From the IMG/VR virus record IMGVR_UViG_3300027751_000012: a stretch of 20,000 bases of DNA; one strand, 5' to 3'. The notes below the pieces were generated by a model, which was not told the DNA's origin, ran no database searches, and worked only from the letters and a program-made list of their open reading frames with translations. Origin of the DNA: an uncultured virus (IMG/VR IMGVR_UViG_3300027751_000012). Lineage: Duplodnaviria > Heunggongvirae > Uroviricota > Caudoviricetes. The position numbers and the translations under genes are program-made. The number at the start of each line of letters is the position of its first letter. Positions within the stretch are counted from its first letter, which is position 1. Positions 17,513-20,000 of the stretch are shown here, piece after piece.

Positions 17513-17521
17513 ATTATACCA
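17513..17521 (-). promoter_or_regulatory. Extended -10 TGGTATAAT with no downstream ORF
   Basis: Perfect motif; predicted TSS ~17506-17507 at the hairpin base. Confidence 0.65.
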
Positions 17522-17525
17522 TAAA

Positions 17526-17609
17526 GTAACAAAAGGATAACAGGGTATCAAGATATAAGAACTTTTCTTTAAATAACTACTATATAACATATTGTTATAG
17601 AACTGTTAT
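17526..17609. promoter_or_regulatory. Three RTAACA-N5-ATAACA direct-repeat boxes
   Basis: GTAACA-aaagg-ATAACA 17526-17542; ATAACT-actat-ATAACA 17573-17589; inverted copy TGTTAT-agaac-TGTTAT 17593-17609. Confidence 0.55.
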
Positions 17610-17620
17610 TAAAAAAAGAC

Positions 17621-17650
17621 TTGACAACTTACTTTTTCTGCTACTATATA
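17621..17650 (+). promoter_or_regulatory. Possible sigmaA promoter (TTGACA ... TGCTACTAT) with no downstream + ORF
   Basis: TTGACA 17621-17626; TG-C-TACTAT 17639-17647; spacing of 15 nt is suboptimal. Confidence 0.35.
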
Positions 17651-17745
17651 AAAGGGTTGATTGTTATATATATATTAATTCAAATCATCTCTAAGTAGAG
17701 TTTAGTGAATTTACTTATATTTACTTATATATTATATATATTATA

Positions 17746-18051
17746 TTAAGAGTTTCTATTAGACAAGTATTCAATCATTTTATCGTACAGATCATCTATT
17801 TTTCTTTCTAGCTTTTCCATTTTTAAGTAATTATCTTTTCTAATTGCGTCTGCTGCATCTTGTCTTTGTTCTAGACGGTTAACCTGATCTTTTATACTAC
17901 CTCCGCCGTTTGGCTTAAGCTCATGCTTAATTTCCTCTAGATAATGCTTAACCATCCATCTGATTGCGACCCCCAGCATTGTAAGAATTGATCCAATACC
18001 TACGAGTATTCCTATTGATAAATTCAGCTGGTCTAGTGGGGTCATAACCAT
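17746..18051 (-). CDS. Membrane-anchored coiled-coil protein, holin/lysis-accessory candidate (start may be ATG 18045)
   Basis: One N-terminal TM helix, ELKPNGGGSIKDQVNRLE motif, coiled coil; TATAAT at 18055-18060. Confidence 0.65.
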   Translation of the reverse strand: MVMTPLDQLNLSIGILVGIGSILTMLGVAIRWMVKHYLEEIKHELKPNGGGSIKDQVNRLEQRQDAADAIRKDNYLKMEKLERKIDDLYDKMIEYLSNRNS

Positions 18052-18096
18052 ACAATTATAAATACTTTTTATGACAATGCGGCTTAAACACTGGGC

Positions 18097-18143
18097 TGTA
18101 AGTTCGGGGTGTAAGTTCGGTTTTAAAGTTCGGTTTTAAGTCG
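18097..18143 (+). repeat. 13-bp tandem repeat with core AAGTTCGG, three copies plus a degenerate fourth
   Basis: AAGTTCGG at 18100, 18113 and 18126; AAGTCG at 18138; intergenic. Confidence 0.85.
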
Positions 18144-18192
18144 TGGCGAGAAATACTCCAACCAAAGTACACGACATATAACGTCTAAATAT

Positions 18193-18237
18193 ATAACAAA
18201 GTTATAACAAGACAACATCCGTGATGTATGGTAGAAT
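18193..18237 (+). promoter_or_regulatory. ATAACA-N5-ATAACA box (18193-18209) upstream of extended -10 TGGTAGAAT (18229-18237)
   Basis: -10 lies 6 nt before ATG 18244; the box sits at about -51 to -35. Confidence 0.65.
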
Positions 18238-18243
18238 AGATGA

Positions 18244-18450
18244 ATGGGAGATGACGTAAGCGTATTTGATTTATTTAATCCAAATGCACCCAGGTCCTCT
18301 GAGGAATTAAAAGAAGCTAGAATGGCTGTATGCCGCACTTGCGAATTCTTCCTTAAAGGATCTAAAAGGTGTAAGCTTTGCGGATGCTTCATGAATAAAA
18401 AGACAACACTAGAATTAGCAAAATGTCCTATGGGATACTGGAAGGAATAG
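18244..18450 (+). CDS. Small Cys-rich protein, DUF6171-like
   Basis: RMAVCRTCE...CKLCGCF...K......CP.GYW pattern; leaderless. Confidence 0.8.
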   Translation: MGDDVSVFDLFNPNAPRSSEELKEARMAVCRTCEFFLKGSKRCKLCGCFMNKKTTLELAKCPMGYWKE

Positions 18451-18451
18451 T

Positions 18452-18646
18452 ATGAGAAGAGAAGACGCTGTAAATCTAATGACAAAGCATGTATTGGATA
18501 TGAACAGAGGCCTGGGAGAACAGCAGGGTATCCCAGAGCAGCAAATTGTAAATACGCTTGAGCAGATGAAGCCAGAACTAGACAGGGTAAATGAACAGTT
18601 GTTCGATGTCCTGTACGAGGCTGGTATTATTAACCTACACGGTTAA
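18452..18646 (+). CDS. Hypothetical helical protein, paralogue of 19261..19461
   Basis: AAGGA SD; 18/60 identities in an ungapped alignment with 19261..19461. Confidence 0.8.
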   Translation: MRREDAVNLMTKHVLDMNRGLGEQQGIPEQQIVNTLEQMKPELDRVNEQLFDVLYEAGIINLHG

Positions 18647-19218
18647 ATCTTAAAGAACTCGTATTCGGTAAGCCAAATAGGAATGGTATATCTTTCCTCG
18701 TAGATCTCCTCTACGGAGTGTACAAATTCTAATGGCTTAGAAGGAAATGTAACTAGATCTCCCTGTACTGGACTATACTTATAATCGAGATCAGGAAAGT
18801 TTAGTTCGCCTCCAGAAGACATTGTATTAAGGTATAGTATGCCACTGTACTTGAATTGCATGTTTTTACCACCATCAGTGTCAACATGAGAGTCAATGCG
18901 TGCTCCTGGATATTGCTTTGCTAGGAAGAAGTTATTTACCATAATCTTTCTTCTATTGCCGAATACTTCTTGTATTTGCTTTTCCATCTTAGGGAATATG
19001 TCATTACGGAGCATAGGTTCTATCTCTGAGATCAAGGAGAAATCTGTTTGTGAGTCTCTATGGAATGAGTCTTTTCCAAATGATAAGAACTTTCTCCGAT
19101 CTCCGTAGATCTCACTACCCTTCATAATTTCTAGCTTGCTGTTAATATAGCTAATCAGATACTCTGACTCTTCTTTTGAGATAAAGTCCTTTAATATATG
19201 GATTTGATCAATGCTCAT
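18643..19218 (-). CDS. 2OG-Fe(II) oxygenase, prolyl-4-hydroxylase-like (191 aa; start moved from 19233 to 19218)
   Basis: HVD...YSGILYLN...GGELNF...GDLVTFPS...HSV...RYT. The track's ATG 19233 overlaps promoter TGGTAAAAT (19224-19232), which lies 5 nt before ATG 19218. Confidence 0.9.
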   Translation of the reverse strand: MSIDQIHILKDFISKEESEYLISYINSKLEIMKGSEIYGDRRKFLSFGKDSFHRDSQTDFSLISEIEPMLRNDIFPKMEKQIQEVFGNRRKIMVNNFFLAKQYPGARIDSHVDTDGGKNMQFKYSGILYLNTMSSGGELNFPDLDYKYSPVQGDLVTFPSKPLEFVHSVEEIYEERYTIPIWLTEYEFFKI

Positions 19219-19223
19219 AGTTA

Positions 19224-19254
19224 ATTTTACCATACCCTAGCGATACTGTATAAT
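19224..19254. promoter_or_regulatory. Divergent leaderless promoters: TGGTAAAAT (-, 19224-19232) and TATAAT (+, 19249-19254)
   Basis: 5 nt and 6 nt from ATG 19218 and ATG 19261 respectively. Confidence 0.65.
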
Positions 19255-19260
19255 ATAACC

Positions 19261-19461
19261 ATGTATAAAGAAGATATTATAGACATTATGTCAGAAGCGA
19301 TTGCTAAGTCCAATGAGGATCTAATGCGATACCAAGGAATGAACGATAAAGAGATATCAGAACAGCTAAATTGGAATAGACCTGCCTTGGATTATGCTAA
19401 TGAGATGGTTTTAGATGCTCTTATAGCTAATGGTGTTGTTTCTAAGGATACCGTCGAGTAA
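19261..19461 (+). CDS. Hypothetical helical protein, paralogue of 18452..18646
   Basis: Leaderless start; paralogy supports coding. Confidence 0.8.
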   Translation: MYKEDIIDIMSEAIAKSNEDLMRYQGMNDKEISEQLNWNRPALDYANEMVLDALIANGVVSKDTVE

Positions 19462-19464
19462 TTA

Positions 19465-19545
19465 TTACCCAATAAGTACTGATATCAGAGCAAATACCGT
19501 ACATATTACGGCTGTTCCTAGTACAATCTTAATCTCATCTGTCAT
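19465..19545 (-). CDS. 26-aa single-TM peptide
   Basis: MTDEIKIVLGTAVICTVFALISVLIG; TATACT (19552-19557) exactly 6 nt before the ATG; tandem TAA TAA stops. Confidence 0.55.
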   Translation of the reverse strand: MTDEIKIVLGTAVICTVFALISVLIG

Positions 19546-19761
19546 ATATCTAGTATACCCCACTTATTCTATACCTGGAAAATCTGAAAAAATCTATTTT
19601 TGGCAAAATCTGAATATTTTTTAGTTATGTATGATACACATTTACGTGAAAAAAGCAAGAAAACTTAGTCCGCACACCGTGCCACCTTTTTGTCTGATAG
19701 CCCTGCCAGATCATTGTGGATTCCTACAAAAAACACACCTAAACTTTGTAGGTAAATGTAC

Positions 19762-19798
19762 TTGACTTTTTGACATTTGTGTGTTAGAGTAATAGTAT
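19762..19798 (+). promoter_or_regulatory. Two overlapping sigmaA-type promoters
   Basis: TTGACT(19762)-N17-TAGAGT with extended TG, and TTGACA(19770)-N17-TAGTAT. Confidence 0.7.
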
Positions 19799-19841
19799 AA
19801 ATAAAGATAGATAAAAAAAGATTTCATAGAAAGGATAAAAA

Positions 19842-19985
19842 ATGATTTCAGTTTCAATTTCAATTCCAACAGGAGATTTCGCAATGTGCGAGATTTGCGA
19901 CAACTACACACCTCAGGTGTTTGTAGTAGAAGAAAAAGAAAGCGGTTGCGAATACTGCTTCGAAGCCTATGGTGAAATAAACTAG
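19842..19985 (+). CDS. 47-aa CxxC...CxxC putative Zn-binding early protein
   Basis: GAAAGGA SD; MISVSISIPTGDFAMCEICDNYTPQVFVVEEKESGCEYCFEAYGEIN; below the ORF-track cut-off. Confidence 0.75.
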   Translation: MISVSISIPTGDFAMCEICDNYTPQVFVVEEKESGCEYCFEAYGEIN

Positions 19986-20000
19986 GCTTTCTTCGGCGTG

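Noticed and set aside
18097..18143. CRISPR array
   Set aside because: Contiguous 13-bp units without spacers; no cas genes.
18123..19911. ORFs 18123..18485(-), 18896..19108(+), 19430..19624(+), 19711..19911(-)
   Set aside because: Antisense to better-supported genes or running across promoter regions.
1..20000. Stop-codon recoding, tRNA genes, introns or mobile elements
   Set aside because: Genes tile densely in the standard code using TAA, TAG and TGA stops; no cloverleaf, transposase, integrase or homing-endonuclease motifs were seen.

Overview
Window from a tailed dsDNA phage genome. The host is probably an actinobacterium, inferred from pervasive leaderless extended -10 promoters and the gene content. 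About 17.4 kb is a minus-strand cluster of tail, fibre and adhesin genes: an edge-truncated LamG-like tail protein, two Mtd_N-type fibres, two Ig/FN3 'head' proteins, an FN3 protein with a Phe/Pro-rich repeat tail, collagen-like proteins and three paralogous [RK]GDT adaptors. The cluster also holds a 2OG-Fe(II)-type oxygenase and one inverted lysozyme-like gene. After it come an AT-rich non-coding region with a candidate self-contained hairpin sRNA and RTAACA-N5-ATAACA boxes, a holin-like gene, small Cys-rich genes, a P4H-like oxygenase flanked by two paralogous small genes, and tandem sigmaA-type promoters that probably open an early region. The most unusual signals are: the (FxF[TV]P)n tail next to an oxygenase; a tail-fibre motif apparently split between stalk and head genes in two separate gene pairs; the promoter-hairpin-U-tract sRNA; 11-bp-periodic response-regulator-like boxes; and a pseudoknot-like 5' UTR over the lysozyme RBS. 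All family names come from motif recognition by eye; no database search was run.
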